IMG/VR virus record: IMGVR_UViG_3300017528_000567
Location: 1 to 64,000 of that record
Strand: one strand, 5' to 3'
Length of the DNA: 64,000 nt
The notes beneath the pieces were generated by a model. It saw only the letters and a list, made by a program, of their open reading frames with translations, made no database searches and was not told the DNA's origin. The first letter of the stretch is position 1. Each line of letters starts with the position of its first letter. Positions 34,543 to 45,600 of the stretch are shown piece by piece. A program made the translations under genes and the position numbers.

Positions 34543-37474
34543 ATTCGTTCTCCGCCTCGCACAGAAGATTCAGCCTCCCAAGGCAATCCATGAAGCGTTT
34601 CTTGTTGACGGGGCAGATCCAGGGGCCGAAGAGACTGACGGTCCCGCTCACGTCGGTGAGATGAAGGTCTAGCCCGTCATCTCTGTCAGTCGTGCTGACG
34701 ATGACATCGCAAACTTGGTCAGCCGTCTGCAGGGTGAGCTTTTCGATCCGCAGCTTGAGCTCCCCGCGTTTGAGCCATGGCGGCGGGGCTCCAATCGGCG
34801 AGACCGCTCGAACTGGCTGGGCCGCCGCCCGAATAGGCACCGGCTCTGCGTAGACAGCTTTTGGAGCTTCCGGCTTCGGCTCGGGCGGTGCCCCGCCAGA
34901 GCCTGGACCCGGCGTCGGCGGCAACGCCTTGCCAACGAGCCATGGTGCATCGATGATCCTGAATACATCCCCTTCGAGCACCTCTTGCTGGTCAGGGGCC
35001 TCGGTCACCTGTTTCGTGGCCTTGTCCTTTTCAGCCTTGCGGGTCGTGCTGTACACAAACCCGTTCATCAAGACCTCATGCTTGCGGAGTGGGATCTCGT
35101 TCTCGCAACGGTCGATCTCGCTCTCCTTGATGTCTCGCTCCTTCTTGGCTCGCTCGACGGCAAAGCCCGACTTCCAGTTGAACCCGACGAGTGGCTCAAC
35201 GATCAAAGGTACGACCCACCGCGGATTGTTAGGCAACCGCCAAGGGGACTCCATCAGATCTACAATGATGGGGAGCACCTCCGCGACGCGGTCATACCTC
35301 ACCTCGAAAACAATTTCATCGTGCACGGTTAGAAGCATTCGCACAGAGTCATCACCCCCGTTCTTGAGCCAGCCCTCCTTGTGGAACTTCTTGGTGAGCA
35401 GGATGAGACTAATCTTCATGATGTCGGCGCCGGCACCCTGGATCTGATAGTTGACCGCATGCCGCTCTACTGCCGCCTGCACCGCACGGTCTTCGTGCCT
35501 CGCGTCCGGCAAAGAGAGCCAGCGCCCGAACGCCGTCGTCACCCCGAGCTGGTCCTTCACCTTCTGGTGTTGCTTTTTCACCCAGGCGGCGAAATTCGGC
35601 AGAGCCTTGTCGAACGCATGCTTGCGCCGCTTGGCCTCCATTTCATCGCAGCCCGTGGCAGCCATGAGCGCCTTGGTCCCGCCACCATAGAGAAGCGCGA
35701 AGTTCGCCGCTTTCCCCATGCCTCGTTCCTCTTTACTAACATCCTCCTTACCGAAGAACGCTCGAGCCGTGAGCGTGTGAAGATCACCGGATCCCTTCAA
35801 AAACTCCTCGATCCAGGCCTTCTCGACCGCCACGTTAGTTCCGATGCGTAGCTCTTGACCGGCATAATCTGCCTTGAGTACTGCGAACCCCAGGCGCCCG
35901 ACGAAATCACGTCGGAGGTCCGAGTCCTTCGGGATCCCGTGAACGGGTATCCCGGAGTACCCCTGGTCGGCTTCACCCGCCGGTGCGCTAAATCGTCCTG
36001 AGGCGGCGCCGGTCTGCTTGAATGAGACACGGATCTCATCGTTCTCGTCAGGGTTGTTGGTGAGCCCTAATAGGTAGGTCCCGATGAACTTATCGACTTC
36101 TCGATACCTAACAATGTCCTTCAGAATGGTGGGTGCTTTCGGCGCCTTGGCCAACAGCTCGAGCGTCTCGCCGTCTGTCTTGTACTGGCCGCTCGCGGCG
36201 TTCTTCTCTGGCTTCGGCGTGATGTCGAGCCCACCGGGCTTTTCCCCAAACAAGAACTCAGACAGCTGCTTCGGGGAGTTTGGGTCGACCTCCATGCCAC
36301 GTGCTTCGATGGAGAATCGGCGGATCTTCTCTACGAGCTCCGCCTTAATGGCCTCCTGCTCCAGAAGGAGCCCGCGAACATGCTCCCGGTTGATGCGGAT
36401 GCGAGCTCGCTCCATGGGACGAAGCGCGCATGAGGTTTGCTTTTCGATGCGGTAGATGTTCCCGTGCCGCTCATGGCATAGCGGCACGATCCGCGGCAGC
36501 TTGCAGAGCAGGTAAGTGCAGATTGCATCCGAGCCGGCGTACCTCAAGACACCCGGCTCATCCGGCGCTAAGAGCGCGAAGCGAATGTCCTTCGCTCGAC
36601 CGAAGAACAGGTCCTTCAGCTTGATCATCGTGTACGGATTGCCATCGGGGTCCCGAAGGAACTCTTTAGCCTTGGGCTTGAGGCCCAGCTGCTTATCGCC
36701 CGCGTAGATGCAAAAGGACGCGAGCATGCCATCCTCAAACGATGATGGATGCCACCAATCGATCCCGGTCACTGGATACAGAAACTCTTGATCGAACTGC
36801 GCATTCCAAAAATAGATGACCAGCTTGGGCGGCGAGCACTTGTAAGACAGCGGGTCCGCCGCCTTGTCCTCTGGCGTGCCCTCCGGGATGGCCGCGTGGC
36901 ACAGCCGCGAAATAGCAGCCTCAACCTGCTCGATGGGTCTAACATTCAGATCCGGCCCACCGTCAGTAGGGGTGTGCCTAACAGGAATGTAAAACCCCTC
37001 CTTGCCATCGTGCGAGATGCAGAACCCCACGATCTTGTGCACGGTCTCAGGTGAGTTGTCGGCTCGATACTGAATCCGGTTGTCCAGCCCCTCAGTCTCG
37101 AGGTCCAGCGAACACGAACCGGCCCGGATGCACTCATCCACGATCTGATTCACCTGCTCAACCGAAGTCACCAGGGTGAACTTGTGGTGATTCATCCACG
37201 GTTCTTTTAGGTCGGGCACCGTGCGATCAGGTTTGATCCCGGAGCTCGAAAGGAAATCGAGCGGGTCATCGCCCTCCACCTCTACGAGAAGCTTCCGTTG
37301 AAGGGGTGCCGCTTTCTCAATGGTGGCTAGTTCATCAGCCATCCAGTCTGGTTGATCCTCCTCCTCCTCTGCAGGGGCCGCGACGGGTGCTGCTTCTTTC
37401 ACCGTCGGCGGGGCCTCTTGTTGTTTGTCCACGAGCAACGCTTCGAAGTCTAGATCATCATCGATTTGGCTCAT
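34520..37474 (-). CDS. polA: family A DNA polymerase with 3'-5' exonuclease
   Basis: Exo I DLETEG, Exo II NAQFD, Exo III YAGSD; motif A DYAGQELR, motif B R..GKAANFALLYG, motif C VHDEIV. Confidence 0.95.
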   Translation of the reverse strand: MSQIDDDLDFEALLVDKQQEAPPTVKEAAPVAAPAEEEEDQPDWMADELATIEKAAPLQRKLLVEVEGDDPLDFLSSSGIKPDRTVPDLKEPWMNHHKFTLVTSVEQVNQIVDECIRAGSCSLDLETEGLDNRIQYRADNSPETVHKIVGFCISHDGKEGFYIPVRHTPTDGGPDLNVRPIEQVEAAISRLCHAAIPEGTPEDKAADPLSYKCSPPKLVIYFWNAQFDQEFLYPVTGIDWWHPSSFEDGMLASFCIYAGDKQLGLKPKAKEFLRDPDGNPYTMIKLKDLFFGRAKDIRFALLAPDEPGVLRYAGSDAICTYLLCKLPRIVPLCHERHGNIYRIEKQTSCALRPMERARIRINREHVRGLLLEQEAIKAELVEKIRRFSIEARGMEVDPNSPKQLSEFLFGEKPGGLDITPKPEKNAASGQYKTDGETLELLAKAPKAPTILKDIVRYREVDKFIGTYLLGLTNNPDENDEIRVSFKQTGAASGRFSAPAGEADQGYSGIPVHGIPKDSDLRRDFVGRLGFAVLKADYAGQELRIGTNVAVEKAWIEEFLKGSGDLHTLTARAFFGKEDVSKEERGMGKAANFALLYGGGTKALMAATGCDEMEAKRRKHAFDKALPNFAAWVKKQHQKVKDQLGVTTAFGRWLSLPDARHEDRAVQAAVERHAVNYQIQGAGADIMKISLILLTKKFHKEGWLKNGGDDSVRMLLTVHDEIVFEVRYDRVAEVLPIIVDLMESPWRLPNNPRWVVPLIVEPLVGFNWKSGFAVERAKKERDIKESEIDRCENEIPLRKHEVLMNGFVYSTTRKAEKDKATKQVTEAPDQQEVLEGDVFRIIDAPWLVGKALPPTPGPGSGGAPPEPKPEAPKAVYAEPVPIRAAAQPVRAVSPIGAPPPWLKRGELKLRIEKLTLQTADQVCDVIVSTTDRDDGLDLHLTDVSGTVSLFGPWICPVNKKRFMDCLGRLNLLCEAENEYGAQEAS

Positions 37475-37884
37475 GCATCCTCCCTAACGACCACCACGTA
37501 CACCTCCTCTCTCCAAAGCTTGATGACCTCAGCGACTAAAAGCCGCGGTTCCAGCCCCTCCGACTCGAAACACCACGGCATTTTTTTTAGCAGGAGTCCG
37601 CACTGTTTTGCATCGAACGAAGGGCACGTCCCCTTGTTCGCGCAAGTGCGGGCAGAACGAGGCAGCAGCAAGAGCTTGCCCTTCGGCGGCGGACCAAGCG
37701 AATCCACCAAAGGCCTAGTCCAACCACGCAGAGCGTGATCCATCACATCTTTGCTCACGCTAGGAAGGTCGAGCACCCCTTGCATAGGCAGCCACTCTTC
37801 TTCCCACGCGTCCCCGTAGCAGTAGATGAGATACAGCTGTAAGGTGCCCATCTCTGGGCTAGGTAGCTGCAGACGCCTTGGCAC
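37471..37884 (-). CDS. hypothetical Cys-containing protein in the replication operon
   Basis: CANKGTC...QC...WC; overlaps its neighbours. Confidence 0.7.
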   Translation of the reverse strand: MPRRLQLPSPEMGTLQLYLIYCYGDAWEEEWLPMQGVLDLPSVSKDVMDHALRGWTRPLVDSLGPPPKGKLLLLPRSARTCANKGTCPSFDAKQCGLLLKKMPWCFESEGLEPRLLVAEVIKLWREEVYVVVVREDA

Positions 37885-38494
37885 GGCTTGCCTCTGATAG
37901 AATGCGGTTCGCGATCTGACTCAACCGTTGTTTTCCGGTCTGCATATCGATCCGGCCACGCTCCAAGTGATGGCGCGTGAGGTCAAGGATTGACCCCAGC
38001 TTGAGATGGCGCGTCAACTCAAAGGAGTCACGGTGTTCCCGCAGTAGCCGCTCGCAGCTGTCAAGCAAGCGTTCCACCTCCACGGCCAAGGGGTCCTCAA
38101 CGCGTCTTTCGTCCTCGCCTCTAGTGAGTGGGGGGTCCGGGACGGTCAACCCGAAGTCGCGCTCTATCTGACGTAAGACATCCGTGAAGCGCTCAGTCCC
38201 CGTGAACTTTTTCCACAGACCGATAGCATCCCAGTTTTCGTGGCACACGAAGCACCAGACATGGGATTGGCTATCGCCTTCCTCTGGAAAATACTTTGCG
38301 CTCGGGTGACTGTCCGTGCCGTGGAAAGGGCATGAGATCTGTTCGGCAGCGGAGCCATGTCTCCGCAGCGTGACCCCGTTACGACTCAGGACATCAGCTG
38401 CGGAGACATGGCTGCGGATGTTGGCAGCCCTCAGCTTATACCAGTCGCGGAAGCGAGACTCGTAGCTGTCGAGCTCGTGACTTTGCCTGGGCAT
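37859..38494 (-). CDS. stand-alone CHC2 zinc finger (primase Zn-binding domain)
   Basis: ISCPFHG...PSA...WCFVC...DAIG; no TOPRIM domain. Confidence 0.85.
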   Translation of the reverse strand: MPRQSHELDSYESRFRDWYKLRAANIRSHVSAADVLSRNGVTLRRHGSAAEQISCPFHGTDSHPSAKYFPEEGDSQSHVWCFVCHENWDAIGLWKKFTGTERFTDVLRQIERDFGLTVPDPPLTRGEDERRVEDPLAVEVERLLDSCERLLREHRDSFELTRHLKLGSILDLTRHHLERGRIDMQTGKQRLSQIANRILSEASRAKASAAT

Positions 38495-38502
38495 TGTCCC
38501 CC

Positions 38503-39984
38503 CTAGAGCTGCACGTCAATACCGCCGGTCATCATCGCGTCGTGATCGTCGACCACGAACCCCTCACCGCCCTCCCTTGCCGCCGACGTGATCCTGCGAC
38601 AGGCGAACTGCACACGGGCCGTGAACGGGTCAAAGAGCCGGTTGTCCCGGTTCTTTAGATTCGTGAACTTAGTCGCGCCCATTTTGCGCAGCTCTTCATT
38701 GAGGTACGAGGTCGTGATGACGTCCGCGGTCTTCTCGCAGTTGTTTGCGTACGTAAGGGCATTCATCTTGTAAATGCCGTCGTTCTTGTCAGCCTCGGTC
38801 TTGCCGTTGCGATTGATCTGAAACAGCATGATGACGGGGATTCCGGCATTGTTGTCGAACGTCAGAGCCAGCCGCTTGCAGTCATTGATCACCGAGTTGA
38901 TCTCGATCGTGTAGTCCTTGTTCTTGCGTGCTTTGCGTGCCTCGATCCACTGCCCGTGATCGAATATCACCAGCCCCACCTCGAACTCCCGGTGCAACAT
39001 CTCGAGCTCGGTCTTGATGTCCGCCGTGGTCCACTCACGGTCCGGGGTGACAACCTCGAACGTCGTGTACGTCGGGTTGCTCTCAAAGTCCGTTACGACA
39101 TGGTTGAGGTAGAAGTCTCTCTCCTCGGGCGTGAGCTCGCCGTCCCTGATCTTGCCGTAGTCGAGCGGCTGAAAACCCATTTGCCGAAAACGGGCGTTGG
39201 CCGAGTGTTGGACCAAGATGTTTCTGCGGATCTGCTCGCGCGGCATCTCGAACGAGACGTAGACAACGTTCTTCTTGAAGCGGGTCACCGTGTTGTAAGC
39301 CCAGTTGCAGGCGAGCATTGTCTTGAGCTCACCCGGAAACGCGGCGTGTATCCAGAGCTCGCCCTTCTTGGCGCCCTTGCACGCCTCGTCCATTTCACGG
39401 AGCCCTGAGATGGCCCCAAGGGCCTTGCCGCGGTCGTTCTCTGCTCGCTGGTACTCCTCGCGAATCACGGCACCGTCGGTCCGAATATCACCGTGAATCT
39501 GCGCATTGTTCTCAGTGACACGGAGCTCCTGCAGGTTGGAACTGAGATACACGAACGCCGGCTCCAGCCCCTTCGTGATCTCCCCTGTCTTTTCGTCGGT
39601 CTTGCCTTTCATCAGGATCTCGTTGGCCTCCTTGATGATGTTGTGGGCCTTTCCCCTGACCACCTCGTCCTGCAACGCGCGCAGCAACGCTATGTAGTTA
39701 GTGCGTGCATAGGCACGCTCAATCCCGATCTCGGCGACCCGCAGTGCGAAGTCAGAACGCTCCACACTATTGAAATAGTCTGAGACCGTGGTCGAGGCTG
39801 GCATCTCAAAGTATTGGGCAAAGAAGCCCTGGATGAAGCGGTAGATGCTCTCATCATCAGGCCGACCCCAAGTGATCGTCCCCGAGTCGACAGCCTTGCG
39901 CAGATGCTGAAAGTTGCGAACCAGATTGGCCGACGACACTTCTTGATCGTACTCAATGACAGACCGCAGTAGACGCTTAGTCAT
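38503..39984 (-). CDS. dnaB: DnaB-like replicative helicase
   Basis: GLREMDEACKG...GELWIHAAFPGELKT, YVSFEM, IFDHGQWI, FQINR, EKTADVI, KNRD. Confidence 0.85.
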   Translation of the reverse strand: MTKRLLRSVIEYDQEVSSANLVRNFQHLRKAVDSGTITWGRPDDESIYRFIQGFFAQYFEMPASTTVSDYFNSVERSDFALRVAEIGIERAYARTNYIALLRALQDEVVRGKAHNIIKEANEILMKGKTDEKTGEITKGLEPAFVYLSSNLQELRVTENNAQIHGDIRTDGAVIREEYQRAENDRGKALGAISGLREMDEACKGAKKGELWIHAAFPGELKTMLACNWAYNTVTRFKKNVVYVSFEMPREQIRRNILVQHSANARFRQMGFQPLDYGKIRDGELTPEERDFYLNHVVTDFESNPTYTTFEVVTPDREWTTADIKTELEMLHREFEVGLVIFDHGQWIEARKARKNKDYTIEINSVINDCKRLALTFDNNAGIPVIMLFQINRNGKTEADKNDGIYKMNALTYANNCEKTADVITTSYLNEELRKMGATKFTNLKNRDNRLFDPFTARVQFACRRITSAAREGGEGFVVDDHDAMMTGGIDVQL

Positions 39985-40856
39985 AGTCCTGGAAGCCCCC
40001 CACCTGAATTGTTACGTCCCCCGCGACCCCACTTCTTTAACTTGGAGCGACCCCTGTTCTGCAGAGCGCCGGGCTCCGCCGTGAAGGCCTCCTTGGTCTC
40101 GATTGAACCAACCACGGGCTCGATATCGAGGCCCATCGCCACGGTCTCCCCGAGGGCCTGCATGCTAGCGCGGAGCTCACGGGCCGCCTTGACGTCGCCT
40201 CCTACATCGACGACTTCAAAGTTGTTCGTGATGTATGTCCCTACCGTATCGTTGTAAAACTTGTGCCCATCGCCAAAGTACTCCTCGCCCTCGATGAGCC
40301 AGGTTGGCTTGGATTCGGTCGCCCTGATATTGAGAGCCTCTTGAAGAACGTCGCCCGCCGCCACGTTCTTGTAGCCAAGTTGCCCTAGTCTGACGATCAG
40401 CAGAGAGCAATCGGAGATCAGGTCGCTGAGGTTGTTGAACGTGGCAAGGTCATCCCGGACCTTCTTCGACCGGTTACTGTACGAGAATTGGCCCAACCAC
40501 ACGCGCAAGAGCTTTTCATCGTTCACCATCCGAAAGGAGAAGCCCGGCAACACCGACTTTTTCCCGGACAGTGCCCACCTAAGATGGGCCGCAGCTTCAG
40601 ACCACACGCCCTTGATGAAAAGGTTGTCTAGAGTGCGGTCCCCGATGACCTGATTGGTCTCGGGGTCGAGCTCCGGCATGAAGAGCTCGCTCTTGTGGTG
40701 CTTGGCTCTCGCGAGCTCCGACCCCAGGAACTGGAGCATCATCTCGCGCCGAAGGCAGAGACAGGGCCAGGATGCGATCTCACCATCCCGAACCTCTTCA
40801 CGCCACTGCTCACCGTTGCAGAGACGGCATACCGGAGGACTATTGACTTGAGTCAT
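39981..40856 (-). CDS. DnaC/IstB-like helicase-loader homologue (degenerate P-loop)
   Basis: N-terminal CRLC...PCLC Zn site; LLIVRLG at the Walker-B position; directly upstream of dnaB. Confidence 0.55.
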   Translation of the reverse strand: MTQVNSPPVCRLCNGEQWREEVRDGEIASWPCLCLRREMMLQFLGSELARAKHHKSELFMPELDPETNQVIGDRTLDNLFIKGVWSEAAAHLRWALSGKKSVLPGFSFRMVNDEKLLRVWLGQFSYSNRSKKVRDDLATFNNLSDLISDCSLLIVRLGQLGYKNVAAGDVLQEALNIRATESKPTWLIEGEEYFGDGHKFYNDTVGTYITNNFEVVDVGGDVKAARELRASMQALGETVAMGLDIEPVVGSIETKEAFTAEPGALQNRGRSKLKKWGRGGRNNSGGGLPGL

Positions 40857-42612
40857 TGGCTCGGCTCCTAAGGCTGTTGGCTAGGTCAACCGTGAAGTTC
40901 GAGCTGCGGTCAAAGTCCAAGGCTCCGACCGCAGACTCACCAAGGACCTTGTCTATGAGGTCCTTTTTCTTCTGAAGAATCTCGAGCGTGTAGTGGTCGA
41001 TGGTTTTGCGCTGCTTCTCCGTGCTGCGTGGGCGCTCGGCTACAAGGTGCAGCGCGATCACGTGTTGGTGCGGCGAGCCGATACGAATTGGCCGGCCAAG
41101 CAGCTGCACGTAGTTGCCCCAACTCCACGGGGCGTTGTAGAAGATCATGGCTGACGCCGCCTGGAGGTTGATCGCCTCCGAGCCTGCGTCGGAGATGAAG
41201 ATCACCCGTACACTGGATTTCAGGTCCTGAAACGCATCCTGTGCTTTTTTGCGCGCCGGGTTGCTCTTCGTATCCGTGACCTTGCCGCTCACCTCTACAC
41301 TCTCGATCCCGGCCCTTTTGCAGATGTCGCGCAGGCGAGTGATCAGAGACGTGAAGCGGCAGTAGACGATGACTTTCTCATCGCTGAACTCTTCAGTCAG
41401 CAGATCGAGCAAGGCTTGCTCCTTGGCGCCCAAGGCGCGGACTTCCGTTTCCTCGCCGCTGACAACGTCGAGCTCGATCAAGTCTCCCGCGTCGTACTTG
41501 AGCAGAGACATCGAATCGACGGTCTTTTGACAGTAAATCAGCGCGACAAGGGTCTTGTTGTCAGAGTAGTCCTTGAGATTGCCGTCGCCCAAGGCGAGCA
41601 TGCCGGACAAGGCCTCGCTGTACTTTGCGTCCTCAGCGGCCGAGAGCTCGCACGCGACCTCCCGAGTGATGAGCGTCGGCAGCTCGCTCGAGATCTCGTG
41701 CTTGGGTCGGCCCAAGAAGAATGGATCAATCCGGTCGCGGAAGGCCTGCAGGTTCTTGTAGCCTACGACGATCGGGATCTTCCGTGACCCGGCTACGCTC
41801 TGCAGTCTCGTGACGCAGTACTCGCGAAGGAAGGCCGACTTGGTCGTGAAGACCTGCGAGTAGATCACCTTGTAGATCGAGAACCCTTCGATCAGGTTGT
41901 TCTTCAGCAGCGTGGCGGTTAGCCCATAACAACGACTCGCTCGGTCGGACAGCTCTTTGCAGACCTGCCATGTCTTGGTGCGGTCGCTCTTGAATGCCGT
42001 CGCTTCATCGAAGGCAATGGTGAGGTGCGGGATGCGAGCCGTGATCCCGTCGAGGGTCCCACGGACAGGTGGCACCTTCGGGTCTGGCTTGCCTTTGATC
42101 AAAGGTGAGGGCTTTGCCCCTTGATGCCAGTCTCGCACAAGGGGCGCGTACCCCATCAGCATCACCGGCTTCGTGGGTCCCTTGTGCAGGGCGAACTCTA
42201 GATACGTTTGCTTGCGCTCGTTTGGCGTCCCGTCGACAACGTATGTGGTGATGCCCGTGGTGAACTTCTCGATCTCGGAACACCATTGGCGAAGTGCCGA
42301 CTTCGGGCACACCACAATGACCTTGTTGTCGGGCTCTTTTTCCCACGTGTAACAAAGGGATGCGATCAAGACGAGAGTCTTGCCTGTGCCCGTGGCATCG
42401 CCGAGCACCATCCGCTTCATACTCAGCAGGTGGAAGATTGCCTGGACCTGGTAATACCTGATCGAGAGTGGCTGCAGCGTGCCATCCAGGACTTGGATCT
42501 CCTGGCGCAGCATCCCGATTGGCTTGAGCGTTACGTCTTTGCTAGCGCGGACCTTTTTGAGGGTTTCATAGACCTTGGCGTGCTTGGAGGTGGTGTCTTC
42601 AGAGGCTGCCAT
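40840..42612 (-). CDS. SNF2-family (SF2) helicase/ATPase
   Basis: DATGTGKT, VVCPKS, DEAT, LTATLLKN, KVIVY, GSEAINLQAA, QLLGRPIRIG. Confidence 0.92.
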   Translation of the reverse strand: MAASEDTTSKHAKVYETLKKVRASKDVTLKPIGMLRQEIQVLDGTLQPLSIRYYQVQAIFHLLSMKRMVLGDATGTGKTLVLIASLCYTWEKEPDNKVIVVCPKSALRQWCSEIEKFTTGITTYVVDGTPNERKQTYLEFALHKGPTKPVMLMGYAPLVRDWHQGAKPSPLIKGKPDPKVPPVRGTLDGITARIPHLTIAFDEATAFKSDRTKTWQVCKELSDRASRCYGLTATLLKNNLIEGFSIYKVIYSQVFTTKSAFLREYCVTRLQSVAGSRKIPIVVGYKNLQAFRDRIDPFFLGRPKHEISSELPTLITREVACELSAAEDAKYSEALSGMLALGDGNLKDYSDNKTLVALIYCQKTVDSMSLLKYDAGDLIELDVVSGEETEVRALGAKEQALLDLLTEEFSDEKVIVYCRFTSLITRLRDICKRAGIESVEVSGKVTDTKSNPARKKAQDAFQDLKSSVRVIFISDAGSEAINLQAASAMIFYNAPWSWGNYVQLLGRPIRIGSPHQHVIALHLVAERPRSTEKQRKTIDHYTLEILQKKKDLIDKVLGESAVGALDFDRSSNFTVDLANSLRSRANDSSQ

Positions 42613-42621
42613 CGTGGGCAG

Positions 42622-42628
42622 CTACACC
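42622..42628 (-). promoter_or_regulatory. class-II motif GGTGTAG heading the replication operon
   Basis: 9 nt before ATG 42612. Confidence 0.7.
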
Positions 42629-42637
42629 ACCAACCCA

Positions 42638-45600
42638 TCAGCCCCCTCGCGCCAATACGATCGACGCTGGGTCCACTTGCATATGAACGTTGTTCCGCAC
42701 AAGCGGGTGCCCCTCGATACGATAGAGGTCAGCCGCTGAATATCCTTCACCCGTGCCGTTCGTACCGATGGTGATGTTGGACGGGGCCAGATTGAGTTGG
42801 GGCGGGCGGTGCTGGACGCTGGTTACGATGAGCATCATGAGCTCATCACCCGCCGAAACCTCGTTGAGCCCGACATTAGTGACGGCATTTCGCACCAACA
42901 TCGCGCGCCCATGCACTGCGTTCACATGATTGGTCTGGGGAAATGCCGATATGTTTTGCATGGAGAGCGCGCCGCCCAGACATGTCCCACTGGCCGTGAA
43001 CACGGACCCGCCGCGAGTAACGCGATAGTTCGTCAGGAGCGAGTAGTTTGCCTGCTCCCCGTCCACATGCACCAAAATGTCTCCAGGTGAACCCACGCCA
43101 GAAGTGGCAGTGTTGAGCGGGATCTCCTGTTGCTCGAGACTGTTCGGTGGCGCCAAGCCGGCGGCGGGGCCGTTGCCTACGACATCCGCATAGAAGAATG
43201 GGGCCATCGACTGAGTAGCAAATGCCTGACCTCGAAAGTCCTTGTCGCGAAACAAGGCACCAAGCGGCAACCGCTCCGTGCACCCAAGATATTCTGAGCC
43301 AATGTTCGTTACGTCGAGTGCAATGAAGTTGCCCGGGAGGACCTTCGGACGATCGGACGTCGCACCGCTCGGGGGGTAGAAACTCGCGCTCTGGTCTTCA
43401 AAACCAACATTCTTGAAGTCCAGCGGGTCTACAACAGCGTCGCCCGAGTAGCGCCCCGTGCCCAGATCGGTTGAGAAGCTGGTTGCCGCCAGTACCTCCA
43501 GGACTTTTTGGTTAGGACGCGTAAGCGCGGACGTGTTGAGCTTCGTGTTGCTCAGTTGGTAGGCTGAACCAGATGTCAACGGCCCTGGGGAGTAAGGGAT
43601 ATCAGTGTTGTTGGCCTGTGACCCCCATGCGTCACCCTGATAGGGTGTCCGCGAGTAGTTTATCAGGATCTGGTCGCTCTGCTGTGCAGGGCCTGGTAAC
43701 AGCCCGGCAAGCCCAGCAACGGCCTTGTTGATGTTGTTCGCGCGACCTGTCGGCGATTCATCTACATCACCAGTGCCGACCTTCTTCCAGCCATTGGTGT
43801 TGCGCGGCCGTGTCAGGACAAGACGGAACTCCTTGGTCAAATCGAATGACCCGCGATCAAAACCAAACACCACAGCCTCAACCACGTATGACCCATCTGC
43901 GAAGGTTGCCAAGGGAACTGGTGCCTTCGAGATATCGATGGCTTTGGCGTTCAGGATGAACGTCGAGTCGCCGTCCGCATCGGTCTCAATCCACATCGGA
44001 GGGCCGTCTTGTGGCCCCATCGATTGCCGTAGCAAATTGACCGCAGTACCAGTGTCGCCACTCTGGCGCGCGTTCGTGAACGGACTGCTGTTCACGCTGT
44101 AGTCATCAACTTGATAGACGCCAAAGATCCGCGCTATGCCATAGAATGGAGGGAACTCCAGCCCTTGACGACCGAGCCCACGAGGGTCATTGAAGAAGCG
44201 AATACCGGCCCATAGACTACCTTCATTGCCGAGTTCTGCCTTGTTATAGGTGATCGGGGTCGACGTCGACGAAGTTGTCGCGGGCGTCTTCTGACTAAAC
44301 ACCGAGTATTCGTTTGAACCACCACTGCCATGATAGGCTACATAGTTGGCTTCCCCCTCTGGGGGAGTGTCCAGAGTGCTGGTCCGGACCATGTAGTTGA
44401 TCCCCGTCGGAAAGGTGGCAGTCTCGATCGCCAACATCGGCACATGAATTTCACCCCATGCCGGAACAAGATGCCGCGGCAACGAAACGTAGATGCTTTC
44501 GTAGGCATCACTGTCGGGTCCGGTGACGTTGCCCACTCTGGTGCTGCAGAACAATTTGAGGGGGTCCGTCTGAGCCCACTTAGGAATGGGGTTTACGTCC
44601 TTATCGAAGAGCGGCATCAACCCTTGAGAAGCATGAATCGTGAAGCTGACAGCTCCAGCCGGAGCGCCAATGGGCCGATCTACTGTGATCGTCGTACCAA
44701 TGGCCGCAGTAACCGTATACCGACCAGCGCCAGCGCCGGGCTCAGGAATCAGGAGTGCATCCCCCGCAACCACATTGGTCGCGCTCGCGGTGATCGTGGG
44801 GCTATTAACTCCGGGAAGCGTACCCGTTGATACGGTGCCGGCTTTTGGGTCTTGGTTTGGGTTCGCTGATCGACCATCGAGCGTCAAGAGCTTCGGAAAA
44901 TCGATACGGCGAAACGGCGTGACCACCATGGTCTTGCTCCCGAGGTCCGCATACGTCTCTGCAGTGACTGGGAGTGTTCCGTTGAAACCCGTGTTCCGAT
45001 ATTTGCTCCACATCGGAGCCCAGCCTACCCGAGCTCCCTTGTTGCTCGCTGGGACGCCAGCCGATTGCGTTAGGAGGTCCGCATGTGGAGTGATGTAGGA
45101 AACCGAGTGGATAGCGTCGGGCCGACGGGCGAGGCCGCGCCCCGCGCCATAGACGATGTGAGCTCGGATATGTAGCAGGCGAGGCGACGCATCGGATGTG
45201 ATCTGAGGCGGGAAGTTCCCGGCTAACGTAATGACCAGGTCCTGATCCGGGGCTGGGGACGTCGGCGTGACGGTGTACAGACTCGGGGACACATCACCAT
45301 TCTCGCCTTCAAAACGGAGACGTACGGCACCAGAGACCCCATCATTCAACCAACGCACCTGATCGGTAGCGCCCGCTTGAAGCCCGTTTTTCAGCTGATT
45401 CACAGGGAGGACGATGACGTTGTTCGGCCCGAACTGACCTCCTGGCGATTGATGGGTCGTGTTGACCGTGAGCTGCAACGACCAGTTCTCGCCAATCGAC
45501 GCGGCACCAGTCGTAACGGCGATCCCACTCGGTTTACAGATGAGCTCGACCGGCTGAATGGTCGCCGCATCGCTGAACACCATTCGGATGTTGTCCGGAG

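Noticed and set aside
34520-42612. Inteins or introns in PolA, DnaB or SNF2
   Set aside because: Catalytic motifs are at normal spacing, with no C...HN/C intein signature or frame break.
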